Assembly: GCA_043816005.1 (NCBI GenBank)
Contig: JBDRIM010000041.1
Coordinates: 1 to 64,000 of the forward strand
Direction of reading: 5' to 3'
Length of the DNA stretch: 64,000 nt
Source of the DNA: Candidatus Micrarchaeota archaeon
GTDB lineage: Archaea; Micrarchaeota; Micrarchaeia; Anstonellales; Bilamarchaeaceae
Below the pieces are notes generated by a model. The model worked only from the letters and a program-made list of their open reading frames with translations, ran no database searches and was not told the origin of the DNA. Positions 21,310-31,474 of this stretch are shown here, one piece after another (position 1 is the stretch's first letter; every line of letters begins with the position of its first letter). The translations under genes and the position numbers were made by a program.

Positions 21310-21576
21310 ATGGCAGGTATTAGAAGATTAATATTAGACGTTGTTATTCCATCAACAATGCCCTCAACTGAATTAGCGGTAAAATTAGCTAAACTTAGTG
21401 GTGTTGAAGGAGTGGACATAATCACGCAAGAAGTTGAACACCGAGTAGATAAAATAAAAGTAACAATTGATGGAGACGATATCAACTTTGATTCAGTAAA
21501 AAATTTACTTGACAAGCTCGGGGCGTCACTCCAAGGTGTTGATCGTATTACCTGTGGTAAGAGGCCTGTTAGTTAA
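21310..21576 (+). CDS. DUF211 family protein
   Basis: IRRLILDV...GVEGVDI pattern; usual partner of the next gene. Confidence 0.8.
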   Translation: MAGIRRLILDVVIPSTMPSTELAVKLAKLSGVEGVDIITQEVEHRVDKIKVTIDGDDINFDSVKNLLDKLGASLQGVDRITCGKRPVS

Positions 21577-22166
21577 TGCTTGGGTTTTTCAAAAGACATA
21601 AGGAAAAATTCCAATACTACGATAGAATTACAGGTATGACGAAGATTCTTAGAAGATATTTTGTCATGGACTCGTTTGGTGGTGCGCTAACTATTTTTGG
21701 TCTAGTTTTGGGTTCGTTTGCCGCAAATGTAACTGAAGCATCTCTGGTGATCAGTATAGGGATTGGAACAGCAATTGCAATAGGTTGTTCTGGTTTAACC
21801 GGAGCTTTCATGACAGAATCCGCAGAAAGAGCAAGAGAACTAAAACATATGGAAACGGCACTACAAAGAAATTTAGATAATACTGATTACAAAGCAGCCC
21901 ATAATTTTGCAAGTCTTATTACGGCGTTAGTAGATGGTATATCCCCTGTTTTAGCAGCATTGATTATTCTTTCTCCGTTTTTTTTAGTACCAATACCATC
22001 GGCGTATTATTATTCATTTTCCATCGCTCTGTCAGTATTTTTTGCCCTTGGTATTTTCCTTGGAAAGATATCCTCTGGAAATTTATTTTACAGTGGCCTA
22101 AAACTACTTTTATCAGGTGTGGCTTGTATGATCCTCATTTTAATCGTTGAAAGCCTTAAAGGTTAG
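21576..22166 (+). CDS. VIT1/CCC1-like membrane protein (TIGR00267-like)
   Basis: RRYFVM, GAFMTESAER, DGISP, several TM helices. Confidence 0.8.
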   Translation: MLGFFKRHKEKFQYYDRITGMTKILRRYFVMDSFGGALTIFGLVLGSFAANVTEASLVISIGIGTAIAIGCSGLTGAFMTESAERARELKHMETALQRNLDNTDYKAAHNFASLITALVDGISPVLAALIILSPFFLVPIPSAYYYSFSIALSVFFALGIFLGKISSGNLFYSGLKLLLSGVACMILILIVESLKG

Positions 22167-22199
22167 ACAATTGTCAAAGTTTTTTTAAGAGTATTTATA

Positions 22200-22520
22200 A
22201 ATAATGGATGAGCGTGTATGAATGCACTTCGTGCTTCGGGTGTGGTAGCGCATATCTGCGTTGCGTGGCAACGGTTTTGACTGAGGGCATATTCCCATAA
22301 TGGGCTCGCTCCGGAAACCGCATGTAGCCAGAGTGGCAGCTTACCTGTGGGCATTGATTTGTTGTAATAATATGCGACAAATCCTGCCTCACCCGAATTA
22401 AAGTGCAAGAGATAGTACAATTTATTCTCTTTAGTCAAAAATAGGTGTATCTCTTCTATATTCAATAATCACGCAGAAACCAGCAAACTTGGGCTGTGTG
22501 GGCACATAAATGTAGTCTTA
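22200..22520. ncRNA. candidate structured ncRNA, unassigned
   Basis: GC-rich intergenic island with long-range stem TGCACTT..TTCGGGTG / CACCCGAA..AAGTGCA and internal hairpins. Confidence 0.45.
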
Positions 22521-22554
22521 TGTTATAATTCTCATTTGGACCAAAGCACAAAAA

Positions 22555-23544
22555 TTAGAAAAATCTCATTTTAGCTTTTTTCAGGTCTGGTAGTGTTTTT
22601 GAACCAGTAAGATATGCACAAATAGCCATTTGTTTTTGGAATGTTTCGATAAAATTATCAAGTTTGTTTTTCTTTAGGGCTTTTATAAATGGAAATGCTG
22701 CACCACACATGTCAGCACCTAAAGCTATTGATTTTGAACCATCAATACCGTCCCTTATGCCACCACTTGCAATAATAGGTAAAACACCACGGCATTGCAT
22801 TATACATTCGACTGTTGGTATCCCCCAATTCTCAAAACCAGGAGTTCTGCTTCCGCGAAGATATTCAACTGCACTCCAAGAAGTACCACCAGTACCAGCA
22901 ATATCTAAAAATTTCACGCCTGCTTTCTTGAGCGCGATTGCCACGTCCTGATTTATCCCTGCACCACTTTCTTTTACTAATACTGGTACAGATAGTTTGT
23001 CACAAACATTTTCAATTGCTGTTAAAACTCCAGTGAAATCAGTATCTCCTTCTGGTTGAATAATTTCCTGAAGTGCATTCAAATGCACTGCCAGCGCATC
23101 TGCCTCAATTGTTTGAACCAATGAATCAATTTGTGATGAAGAATATTTTTTTAACTGGAAGGCACCGATATTTGAGAGTAGTGGAATATCTGGCGCAACA
23201 TCTCTAACTTTATATGTTTTTGCCAATTCTGGTTTTTCAATCATTGCCCTTTGAGATCCTACACCAAACGCCAGTTTATATTTTTGTGCAGCTGATGCGA
23301 GTTTTTTGTTTATCTGCTCCGCATCATTGTAACCACCAGTCATCCCAGTAATTAGAATTGGAAAATTAATTTTCTTACTGAAAAATTTAGTGGATAAATC
23401 AATTGACTCAAATGATAGTTCTGGAAGGGCATTGTGGATAAAGTCGACTCTTTCAAAACCAGCAGATTTTGTGTATTGTGCACCTTCAGTAACAACCAAA
23501 TCAACATGGTCTTTCTTACGCGATTCTGTTTGATTTTTTGTCAT
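22555..23544 (-). CDS. fni: type 2 isopentenyl-diphosphate delta-isomerase
   Basis: RKKDH, MTGG, GVGSQR, HLNALQEIIQPEGD, GGTSW. Confidence 0.95.
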   Translation of the reverse strand: MTKNQTESRKKDHVDLVVTEGAQYTKSAGFERVDFIHNALPELSFESIDLSTKFFSKKINFPILITGMTGGYNDAEQINKKLASAAQKYKLAFGVGSQRAMIEKPELAKTYKVRDVAPDIPLLSNIGAFQLKKYSSSQIDSLVQTIEADALAVHLNALQEIIQPEGDTDFTGVLTAIENVCDKLSVPVLVKESGAGINQDVAIALKKAGVKFLDIAGTGGTSWSAVEYLRGSRTPGFENWGIPTVECIMQCRGVLPIIASGGIRDGIDGSKSIALGADMCGAAFPFIKALKKNKLDNFIETFQKQMAICAYLTGSKTLPDLKKAKMRFF

Positions 23545-23548
23545 TGAA

Positions 23549-24286
23549 CTACCTTGCTAATGGATACTTCTCCATGTACATTTGGGTTTGTAGAATAGTA
23601 AGGAAAGGAAGTACTAACAATGAATTTATTAGTAATACAAAATAACCCGAAAATGGACTTGAAAAAAGAAGATCACCAATCAACTTAACTATGGAAATTA
23701 GAATTAATGATGTAAATGCCCAAACAAGAATAAAATGAACATTTGATAGTGCCATTGATATTGAACGTCTTATGGCTGTCGGCGTATCTGAACCATCAAT
23801 CACAACTGCAGGTGGAACAAAAAATAACAGAAAAGAAAGCAGAAATGAGAGAATGGGGTAGAGCCACGATTGAATTGGATGCTCATATGTTAGTAATTGA
23901 AAGATCAACAGAACCAAGACTGCAATTGTGTATATATAGAATATCCGCATACCATAAGTTCCAAGGGCATGAAGAACTTCATATTTGATAGTTGTAAGGG
24001 TTCTTTTTGAACGAACGACGATATTTATGTTAACAATAGTATCTGCTATGATAAATAGAGACAATGCATATGCAAGAGCAGTAATGATTATATCAAATGT
24101 AGTCAAATCAGGAAAGCTACCAGTTCTGAGAAAAACACCACCCAAAGCAAGGTATGTTGGTGCAGGTACAAGAGTTGGTATTAGAAAAGCCAGGATGAAT
24201 GGAATTGAAAACGTAATGATGATTCCAAGCCTTTTGAGATAAAATTCCCAAGCGTAAGTAAATGCTCTTGATAGTTTATCTTGCAT
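23549..24286 (-). CDS. multi-pass membrane protein
   Basis: 245-aa hydrophobic ORF. Confidence 0.7.
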   Translation of the reverse strand: MQDKLSRAFTYAWEFYLKRLGIIITFSIPFILAFLIPTLVPAPTYLALGGVFLRTGSFPDLTTFDIIITALAYALSLFIIADTIVNINIVVRSKRTLTTIKYEVLHALGTYGMRIFYIYTIAVLVLLIFQLLTYEHPIQSWLYPILSFLLSFLLFFVPPAVVIDGSDTPTAIRRSISMALSNVHFILVWAFTSLILISIVKLIGDLLFSSPFSGYFVLLINSLLVLPFLTILQTQMYMEKYPLAR

Positions 24287-24346
24287 GATAAAAATTAGAG
24301 CGCATAATTTAAATAACTACACCAATTGTAAAGTTTAGGTGTTTTT

Positions 24347-25051
24347 TTGCCATTTAGTAAATACAAGATAATATCAATAGAAAACTCTCAGGATGTCAGA
24401 ATATACAGAATGGAACCACTAGACAAAAAAATGCTCATTTTTGTTCCAGGTCAATCAGTATTCTTACACCTTCTTGATTCTGAAGGAAAAACAATTCAAA
24501 AAAGACCTTATTCGATAGCATCGTCTCCAAATTCCCCCTATCTCGAATTTGCTATAAAAATGGTTGGTGGTGCCATGACAAGTCAGCTTGATTTGCTGAA
24601 AATTGGTGCCATACTTGGTGTGGAAGGCCCAGTTGGACATTTTACTTACAATGAGCAAAAAAATATCTGCCTGATAGCATGTGGAACTGGAGTCGCACCA
24701 ATGCTTAGTATTGTAAGACATGTAGCAGGAAAAAAATTAACTGGAAATTTTGTATTGATTTATAGCACTAGAACTACAGACAGTATTCTTTACAAAAACG
24801 AATTTAATAGACTCAACGAACTGAACCAAAATATAAAAACAGTAATAACACTTACAAGAGAACAGCACCCAGAAAATTGGGATGGTGAGTTAGGAAGGAT
24901 AAATAGAGATATGATACTCAAAAATGTAAAGGATCCAAAAAACAACGATTGGTGGATATGCGGTTCAATGGAATTTATCAAAACAATGAAATTTATTCTT
25001 GGAGAAATTGGCGTAGATATGAAAAAAGTCAACATAGAAGGCTGGGGTTAG
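24347..25051 (+). CDS. FNR-family FAD/NAD(P) oxidoreductase
   Basis: RPYSIAS, GPVGHF, GTGVAP, ICGS, terminal EGWG. Confidence 0.85.
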   Translation: MPFSKYKIISIENSQDVRIYRMEPLDKKMLIFVPGQSVFLHLLDSEGKTIQKRPYSIASSPNSPYLEFAIKMVGGAMTSQLDLLKIGAILGVEGPVGHFTYNEQKNICLIACGTGVAPMLSIVRHVAGKKLTGNFVLIYSTRTTDSILYKNEFNRLNELNQNIKTVITLTREQHPENWDGELGRINRDMILKNVKDPKNNDWWICGSMEFIKTMKFILGEIGVDMKKVNIEGWG

Positions 25052-25131
25052 TCGCTTTTGGAAACAACAGAGAACAAAGTTCTCTGTGCGACGCGAATGG
25101 TGCGCCATTCGCAACGAAGCGACACCAAAAC
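25051..25131. repeat. hairpin-repeat family member with two hairpins inserted in its core
   Basis: GTCGC-TTTTGGAAA-[insert]-AAGCGAC-ACCAAAAC. Confidence 0.55.
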
Positions 25132-25216
25132 TTACCGTTTAACGCAACGAGTTAGGTTTAAAAAACAAACCAGACCAATCCTTTATATTCTTCTAAAATT
25201 CTAGAGGTAAATTTAT

Positions 25217-25687
25217 ATGAAAACAATAGATGTTATAGTGGATGGCGGTAAAGCTACTGCTGGGCCGCCCTTGGCACCAGCACTCGCACCTATGGGTGTG
25301 AATATTGGACAAGTTGTTTCAAAAATAAACGAAGCAACAAAAGATTTTGCAGGGATGAAAGTGCCTGTCAAAGTGCATATTGATCCAAAAACAAAACAAT
25401 ATACGATAGAGGTGGGAAGTCCACCAACTGCAGAGATAATAAAGAAAGAAGCAGGTATTGAAAAAGGTGCAGGAAATAGAGAAGCACCTGCTGGCAACAT
25501 TGAACTTAGTAAACTTATAGTTATTGCAAAGGCAAAGAGAAATTCGCTTGGTAAGGACTTAAAGGAAACGCTTAAAGAGGTTCTTGGTTCATGCGTTAGT
25601 ATGGGCGTAACAATAGATGGAAAAGGTGCAAAAGCGATGATAAAGGAGGTAAACGAAGGAAAGCACGACTCAATGTTAAAAGGATGA
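25217..25687 (+). CDS. rpl11: 50S ribosomal protein L11
   Basis: GGKATAGPPLAPAL, GSCVSMGV. Confidence 0.95.
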   Translation: MKTIDVIVDGGKATAGPPLAPALAPMGVNIGQVVSKINEATKDFAGMKVPVKVHIDPKTKQYTIEVGSPPTAEIIKKEAGIEKGAGNREAPAGNIELSKLIVIAKAKRNSLGKDLKETLKEVLGSCVSMGVTIDGKGAKAMIKEVNEGKHDSMLKG

Positions 25688-25691
25688 ACTT

Positions 25692-27329
25692 ATGAGAAAA
25701 GCTTTGATACTTCTTTTATTAATTTCGTTTTCCTATGCATCACTTTTATGGCAGTACAGTACTGATGGACCAATTAGCCTAAAACCAGTCATATATCAAG
25801 GAACAGTAGTGGTGGCATCAGATGATGGTAAAATTTATGCTATTGATCCAAATAGTGGATTGAAGAGATGGCAAACAAATGTAGGTAAAAAACCAACTGA
25901 CATTATTGTTTTTGATAATGGAGTTGTTGTTTCGACAACATTTGGTAAAGTAGTTAAAATAAGTAATACTGGATCAATCCTTTGGACAAGGACTATAAAT
26001 TCGTCATATATTTACGGCATGAGTGCAAACCAGAAAGAGATTTTCCTCACTACTAACAATGGATTGTATCTTATGGATAAAATTAATGTCACTAAATTGT
26101 TAGTTAATTTTAGCGATTCTGTTGTCGGACTACCGACTGCAGGTCCAGATTTTGTTATTTATGGTAAAGGAAATGAACTTCGAAGAGTGAAAGAAAATGG
26201 AGATACACTCTGGAAGATGAAATTGGATCAGGGAACTTTTTGGACATCAAGACCTGTGATAGAAAACGGCGTAGTTTATATCGGTGCGTTGGATAATCAA
26301 ATGCATGCATATATTGCAAACAACGGACTCGAAATTTGGCAGATGAAAACGAGAAATTGGATAATGAGCACCCCTGTTTTGAGCAATGGGATAGTGTATT
26401 TTGGTAGTAATGACGGAAATGTATATGCACTTGACAGCGGTAGTGGGAATGTAAAATGGGAAACAGAAACATATTTGGCAATACAAACAAGATTAGAATC
26501 GGGAATTATGGGGGGAGAAGAAGTTGTTTTTGTAGGTAGTAGTGATAAAAGTATTTATGCGATTTCAAAAGACAAGGGACAAATTTTATGGAAGGGAGTT
26601 GTGGGTGGAGTTGTTGGTGACCCATTATTTTATCAAAATATGATTATTTTTGGTTCTGGGGATGGACAGATCAGCGCATATAGTACCGAGAGAGCGTGTT
26701 CTATAACTTCACCACGAGAAGCTGATCTTGTTGGTCTAAAAGAGCTAGTCATAGGCGGCGAATATGTATCAGAAGCAAGTAATGCTAAAGTTATGTTAAA
26801 CATAAATGAAGGAGGGTGGATAGATACAAACACTAGTCAAGATGACTGGATTTACTATCTTGACCCAAAAATAAAATTATATGCTGGTCTTAACACGTTA
26901 TCTTGCAAAGTAGTTGATAGTAATGGTGAGGAACAAGGACCTACATATACAACAATTGCAATAAACCATGACCCAACGATAGCGTTGAATAATTTTGTAA
27001 TTACAGTTTCTCCAGATGTAGTTGAAGGAGTGCCATTCATTATTTTTGTAAATGATGGGGAAGATGGGACACCAGTAAATAGATTTAATTTGACTGTTGA
27101 TGGTAATAGTTATCTAGGAGACAAAAATGTAACAGTAACAGTTACTAACGCTGGGGAGCATAAAATAACAATAAAGAAGATAGGATTTAACGACGGTATT
27201 GTAAATGTTCATGTTAATTCAAGTGGAGTGAGTCCGTTAATACTTTGTGTTTCGGCATTAGGCATCATAGTAATTCTATTTTTCGTATGGAATACAGTTT
27301 TAAAACAAAAATTTGCAGCAAAGAAATAA
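25692..27329 (+). CDS. secreted PQQ-like beta-propeller protein with C-terminal TM
   Basis: Repeated YxGSxDGxxYAxD...GxxxW motifs. Confidence 0.8.
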   Translation: MRKALILLLLISFSYASLLWQYSTDGPISLKPVIYQGTVVVASDDGKIYAIDPNSGLKRWQTNVGKKPTDIIVFDNGVVVSTTFGKVVKISNTGSILWTRTINSSYIYGMSANQKEIFLTTNNGLYLMDKINVTKLLVNFSDSVVGLPTAGPDFVIYGKGNELRRVKENGDTLWKMKLDQGTFWTSRPVIENGVVYIGALDNQMHAYIANNGLEIWQMKTRNWIMSTPVLSNGIVYFGSNDGNVYALDSGSGNVKWETETYLAIQTRLESGIMGGEEVVFVGSSDKSIYAISKDKGQILWKGVVGGVVGDPLFYQNMIIFGSGDGQISAYSTERACSITSPREADLVGLKELVIGGEYVSEASNAKVMLNINEGGWIDTNTSQDDWIYYLDPKIKLYAGLNTLSCKVVDSNGEEQGPTYTTIAINHDPTIALNNFVITVSPDVVEGVPFIIFVNDGEDGTPVNRFNLTVDGNSYLGDKNVTVTVTNAGEHKITIKKIGFNDGIVNVHVNSSGVSPLILCVSALGIIVILFFVWNTVLKQKFAAKK

Positions 27330-29060
27330 TTATTCCACAGTAACAGACTTTGCCAGATTTCTTGGTCTGTCTGGATTTATTCCTCTTAAAACACTTACAT
27401 AGTAAGCAAGAAGTTGCAACGGAATAATGAGTGTAAATGGATAAAGTATTTCATCACAATTTGGAAGTGAAATAACAGCATCGCTTTCGTTTTTCATCCC
27501 ATCATCATTAGTTATTGATATTATCAACCCACCGCGTGTTTTTGCTTCTTTCATATTTCCAAATAATTTTTGTAAAGTTTCATCTGAAGGTGCTAGAACA
27601 ATAATTGGGGTCCCATCTGTAATCAAACTAAGTGTGCCATGCTTAAGTTCTCCGCCAGGATATGCTTCAGAATGAATATATGTAATTTCCTTAAACTTCA
27701 ATGAGGCTTCATATGCAATTGGCACATTTCGTCCACGTGCAATAAAAAAAGCATGTTCTTTATTTACTAGAATAGTAGCAATTTTCTTGATTTCCTCTTC
27801 TTGTTCAAGCATTTTTGCTATCAGATCAGATAATTTAACCAAACGTTCTTTTGGATAAACAAGTTTGTAGATTATTGCTAATTGAGATGTAAATGTCTTT
27901 GTTGCTGCAACCCCGATTTCAGGTCCTGAATTCATTAGTATAGTACAATCAGATAATCGAGTGATAGATGAACCAACTGTGTTAGTTATTGCAAGTTTTT
28001 TGCAGTTCCCAGCATAACGCACTGCTTGAAGAACATCAGCAGTTTCGCCGCTCTGAGTAATGGCAACTATAAGCGTGTTGTTTGTTGGTTTTGCTATATA
28101 TTGATAATCACTTGCTACAAATGCTTGTGCGCTTTTTCCTGCGTTTGAAAGCAAATGCGCTAACAAAAGACCTGCATGATAAGAAGTTCCTGCAGCAATA
28201 ATTTCTACACGATCGTGTTCATCAATAAGTTTTTTAGCATCAGTAACGTCAGATGCTAAGCTTTCGTTAATGAAATGTTTTTGATCATGAATTTCTTTTA
28301 GCATAAAATGAGCATATCCTGATTTTTGAGCAATGTCAAGACTCCAATTGACAGTAATTTGTTTTCTGGTAAGTTCAGAACCATCGATAGAATATATTTC
28401 GTACCCAGTACGAGTTAATACTGCGATATCACCTTCTTCCAATGGCACAAAATTTTTAGTGTGTTTAAGCATTGCTGGAATATCTGATGCACAAAGCATC
28501 TCATTTTTACCAACTCCAATAATCAACGGACTGTTTTTTCTTGCGATGAAAAGTTCATCTTTGTCTTTTGCACTCATTGCTACGATTGCATAAGACCCTT
28601 GTAATTTTTTTAATGTCGAAAAAAATGCCTGTAGAAATGGTTTTGACTTTGATTCTTCTTCGAGTATATGTGCTATAATTTCCGAATCAGTTTCAGAAGC
28701 AAATTTGTGACCTCTTGCAACAAGCTGGTGCTTTAATTCAGTAAAGTTTTCGATTACACCATTGTGTGCAAGTAAAATTTTACCTGTACAATCAGAGTGT
28801 GGATGGGAGTTTTCTTTGCTAACAACACCGTGTGTTGCCCATCTTGCATGGCCAATGCCAACAGTTCCATCAACAGAAACAAAATCCATTTCTGTTGAAA
28901 CATCTTCAACAGTGCCTTTACCTTTCCTCACCTCGATTGATGTACCATTACGAATTGCAATACCGACTGAATCATAACCACGATATTCAAGCAGTTTTAA
29001 ACCGTCTGTGATTATCTGGGATGCTTTTTCCGAACCAATATACCCAATAATTCCGCACAT
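27330..29060 (-). CDS. glmS: glutamine-fructose-6-phosphate aminotransferase
   Basis: MCGIIG, HARWATHG, QSGETAD, ELKHG, RNLAKSVTVE. Confidence 0.97.
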   Translation of the reverse strand: MCGIIGYIGSEKASQIITDGLKLLEYRGYDSVGIAIRNGTSIEVRKGKGTVEDVSTEMDFVSVDGTVGIGHARWATHGVVSKENSHPHSDCTGKILLAHNGVIENFTELKHQLVARGHKFASETDSEIIAHILEEESKSKPFLQAFFSTLKKLQGSYAIVAMSAKDKDELFIARKNSPLIIGVGKNEMLCASDIPAMLKHTKNFVPLEEGDIAVLTRTGYEIYSIDGSELTRKQITVNWSLDIAQKSGYAHFMLKEIHDQKHFINESLASDVTDAKKLIDEHDRVEIIAAGTSYHAGLLLAHLLSNAGKSAQAFVASDYQYIAKPTNNTLIVAITQSGETADVLQAVRYAGNCKKLAITNTVGSSITRLSDCTILMNSGPEIGVAATKTFTSQLAIIYKLVYPKERLVKLSDLIAKMLEQEEEIKKIATILVNKEHAFFIARGRNVPIAYEASLKFKEITYIHSEAYPGGELKHGTLSLITDGTPIIVLAPSDETLQKLFGNMKEAKTRGGLIISITNDDGMKNESDAVISLPNCDEILYPFTLIIPLQLLAYYVSVLRGINPDRPRNLAKSVTVE

Positions 29061-29095
29061 AGCGAATGATGATAAACGATAGGCTTTTTAATACT

Positions 29096-29120
29096 ACTAT
29101 TAAAATATTTTTAATAGTAT
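29096..29120. promoter_or_regulatory. AT-rich near-perfect palindrome, candidate operator between divergent glmS and regulator
   Basis: TACTATTAAAATATTTTTAATAGTA. Confidence 0.4.
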
Positions 29121-29140
29121 TCAGTTTTTTTTGTAGTGGT

Positions 29141-29170
29141 CGCACCTTTTAGAAAAAGGCGCCCGAAAAC
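29141..29170. repeat. hairpin-repeat family member outside a tRNA
   Basis: CGCACC-TTTTAGAAAA-AGGCGC-CCGAAAAC, nearly identical to the unit in the tRNA-Lys D-loop intron. Confidence 0.65.
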
Positions 29171-29222
29171 TGACTCTCGCGCTCCGCGGGGGTTCTGGGG
29201 GTGTCCCCAGGGGGAGAAAAAA

Positions 29223-30089
29223 ATGATGCTCATAAACGACGATGGTAAGGTAATTGGATGTAAAGAGATAAGTCAATTTAAAGCTCTTTCTAATGACAGA
29301 TTGAAAATATTAAAATACCTTGGAAGAAGACCAGCATATGCTATAGAAATTGCCAAGGAAATAGGATTACCTCCGCAGATAACATATTATCATATTAAAG
29401 TCCTTGAACGCGCAGGTATGATTAAGTTTGTTGATTATGAGGAAAAGAATGGTGGTGTGGCAAAAAGATATCTTGCAAAAGCCCAAAGTTTTGCTCTTGT
29501 GGTGGATGATAAAGGATGGAAAGATTCTGCATCGCCTTCAAAAGAGGCACCAGTTATTCTGGAACGGTTTTTTGAAAATGGTGTGTTCAATGGCTTGATG
29601 GTCGTTGGTTCTCCTGACCCACATGGAAAGCACAGGGCAAGAGGAAGTGAACTTGGTATGTTGGAATTGGCAATGCTTTTTGGTAGATATGCTGCACCAG
29701 TTTTTCCAATGTATAAATTGGACACACAAACTACCGAACGAGATCGAACTGGAAATTTGGTTCTGGCTGGAGGACCAAAAGTCAACATCCTTGTTGCAGA
29801 AGTTAATGGAAAATTACCGATCAGATTTACCTCTGATAACGCAGAATTGTATAGTACAATAACAAGTAAAGCATACAGTGGGAATATAGGAGTTGTTGAA
29901 TTGATTAAAAGTCCGTTTGATAGCTCAAAAAAAATTTTAGTCATTGGTGGTTTGAATCAAAACGGAACGCGAGCAGCGGTTCTTGCTTTAGTAAAACATA
30001 GTAAAGAATTTGAAAAAATGACTAGAGTTGTTGAAGGTTTTGACGAGGATGGAGATGGGCTTGTAGACACTATAGAATTTTTAGAATAA
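29223..30089 (+). CDS. ArsR-like wHTH transcriptional regulator with C-terminal domain
   Basis: RLKILKYL..AIEIAKEIGLPPQITYYHIKVLERAG; start placed at MMLIND. Confidence 0.75.
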   Translation: MMLINDDGKVIGCKEISQFKALSNDRLKILKYLGRRPAYAIEIAKEIGLPPQITYYHIKVLERAGMIKFVDYEEKNGGVAKRYLAKAQSFALVVDDKGWKDSASPSKEAPVILERFFENGVFNGLMVVGSPDPHGKHRARGSELGMLELAMLFGRYAAPVFPMYKLDTQTTERDRTGNLVLAGGPKVNILVAEVNGKLPIRFTSDNAELYSTITSKAYSGNIGVVELIKSPFDSSKKILVIGGLNQNGTRAAVLALVKHSKEFEKMTRVVEGFDEDGDGLVDTIEFLE

Positions 30090-31283
30090 TTAAAGAGAAA
30101 GAATATTTACTTGTGGCTGGTATACAAAACTTTCATCAATCCCGTGAGCTTTATTAAATACTCTCAAAGTTCTACCATTAAAACCAACTAATGAGATAGC
30201 CGCACCGTTTGCAGTGGCTTCTAAAATTTTATGATGTTCACACAAATCTGATTCTATTAAACGAGAGGCATCGAGAGTGATATCAGTAGTTAATGCAACT
30301 GTGTGTCCGCTGCCACGTTCACCATCATGAGCTAAACTGTTTATACCTAAGACATGACCATAGGCATATGGTAATGAGCAGCTATCCTCCACTGTTAGCC
30401 TACTTCCTCCGAGAACAACAGTAACTGCGAATAAGCTGTTTGGACCTTGTTTGAAAAGATATTTAGGACCATCGGGAGTATTTGGAGTTAATCTTGCATC
30501 AACACAACAAATTCCACCGACTTCAAGAGCAAGAGAATGTGGGTCCAATACTCTCCTTAAGTCGGTTGGATCATATGCAACTGCAGAATGAGCATAGTGT
30601 GATTGTAAACTACCATTACCACCATTCTCAGCAAGCTTGCGTGCACCTTTTGCCATTTGTGCACTGAGTGCACCGAGTTTCGGATGATATTCCAATATGT
30701 CGCCATTCGCAATATCACGATTGAATGCAGTAAAATGTAGCGCTTCTTCCCCAGTCCATACTGTGTATACGATAGTAATGTTTTTTCGATCGATTATTGA
30801 TTTAAATTCTTGATCTGAACAAATTATTTCAGCTTGGAATCTTGCATTTTCAAATTCTGCTTCAGGCGAATGCATCCGAGCTACATTAGGAGATATGTGC
30901 TCTAGGAGATGATTAACACTTCGTGGTTCATTTAAATGTTCACCTGTTGGAAGAGCCAATTCTGCTTGTTTGGCTCCAACTGCACCACATTTAGTAAGAC
31001 CACCATGACCCAAAATTAAAAATGCACCACCAGGTACAATCTTATCTAAAATGTGCTTGACTTCGAGTCTAGCAACAGATTCGCTTAAACATATTGCTTG
31101 ACCAGCCACCCTGACAAAACTTACTCCACTTAACGTTGAAGGGTATGTTCTATTTTGAAAACCGTGTTGAAAACCATCGACTAATACACCAAGTGATTCT
31201 GGGATAGTAAGAACTCTTCTTTGAGCTAATTTTTCTGCAATTTCTGGCCCTCTAATAAGTTTTGAAGCAACCATTTTTTTCAC
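30090..31283 (-). CDS. hypothetical protein with beta-carbonic-anhydrase-like motifs
   Basis: LGHGGLTKCGAV in N-half, CCVDAR in C-half. Confidence 0.5.
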   Translation of the reverse strand: MKKMVASKLIRGPEIAEKLAQRRVLTIPESLGVLVDGFQHGFQNRTYPSTLSGVSFVRVAGQAICLSESVARLEVKHILDKIVPGGAFLILGHGGLTKCGAVGAKQAELALPTGEHLNEPRSVNHLLEHISPNVARMHSPEAEFENARFQAEIICSDQEFKSIIDRKNITIVYTVWTGEEALHFTAFNRDIANGDILEYHPKLGALSAQMAKGARKLAENGGNGSLQSHYAHSAVAYDPTDLRRVLDPHSLALEVGGICCVDARLTPNTPDGPKYLFKQGPNSLFAVTVVLGGSRLTVEDSCSLPYAYGHVLGINSLAHDGERGSGHTVALTTDITLDASRLIESDLCEHHKILEATANGAAISLVGFNGRTLRVFNKAHGIDESFVYQPQVNILSL

Positions 31284-31474
31284 CTGATATGTTATAATAT
31301 ATGGTAGGAAGGGTTTTTATATACCTCTTAAAGTACAACTAAACCCTTCCTAACACTGTTGATTAGTTATGTAGTTAAATGGTTTTAAAAACTTAATTGA
31401 TGTGGTTTGATATGTTAAAAGTGAGCAATATAAATGTTAAAGCCTAACTTTAACTGAAAAAGATTGGTGATTTA

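Noticed and set aside
22163..22465. 100-aa minus-strand ORF
   Set aside because: Atypical composition and no motif; the region is better explained as structured RNA
29136..29222. N-terminal extension of the ArsR-like regulator
   Set aside because: It is translated repeat and GC-hairpin sequence; a better start is at 29223
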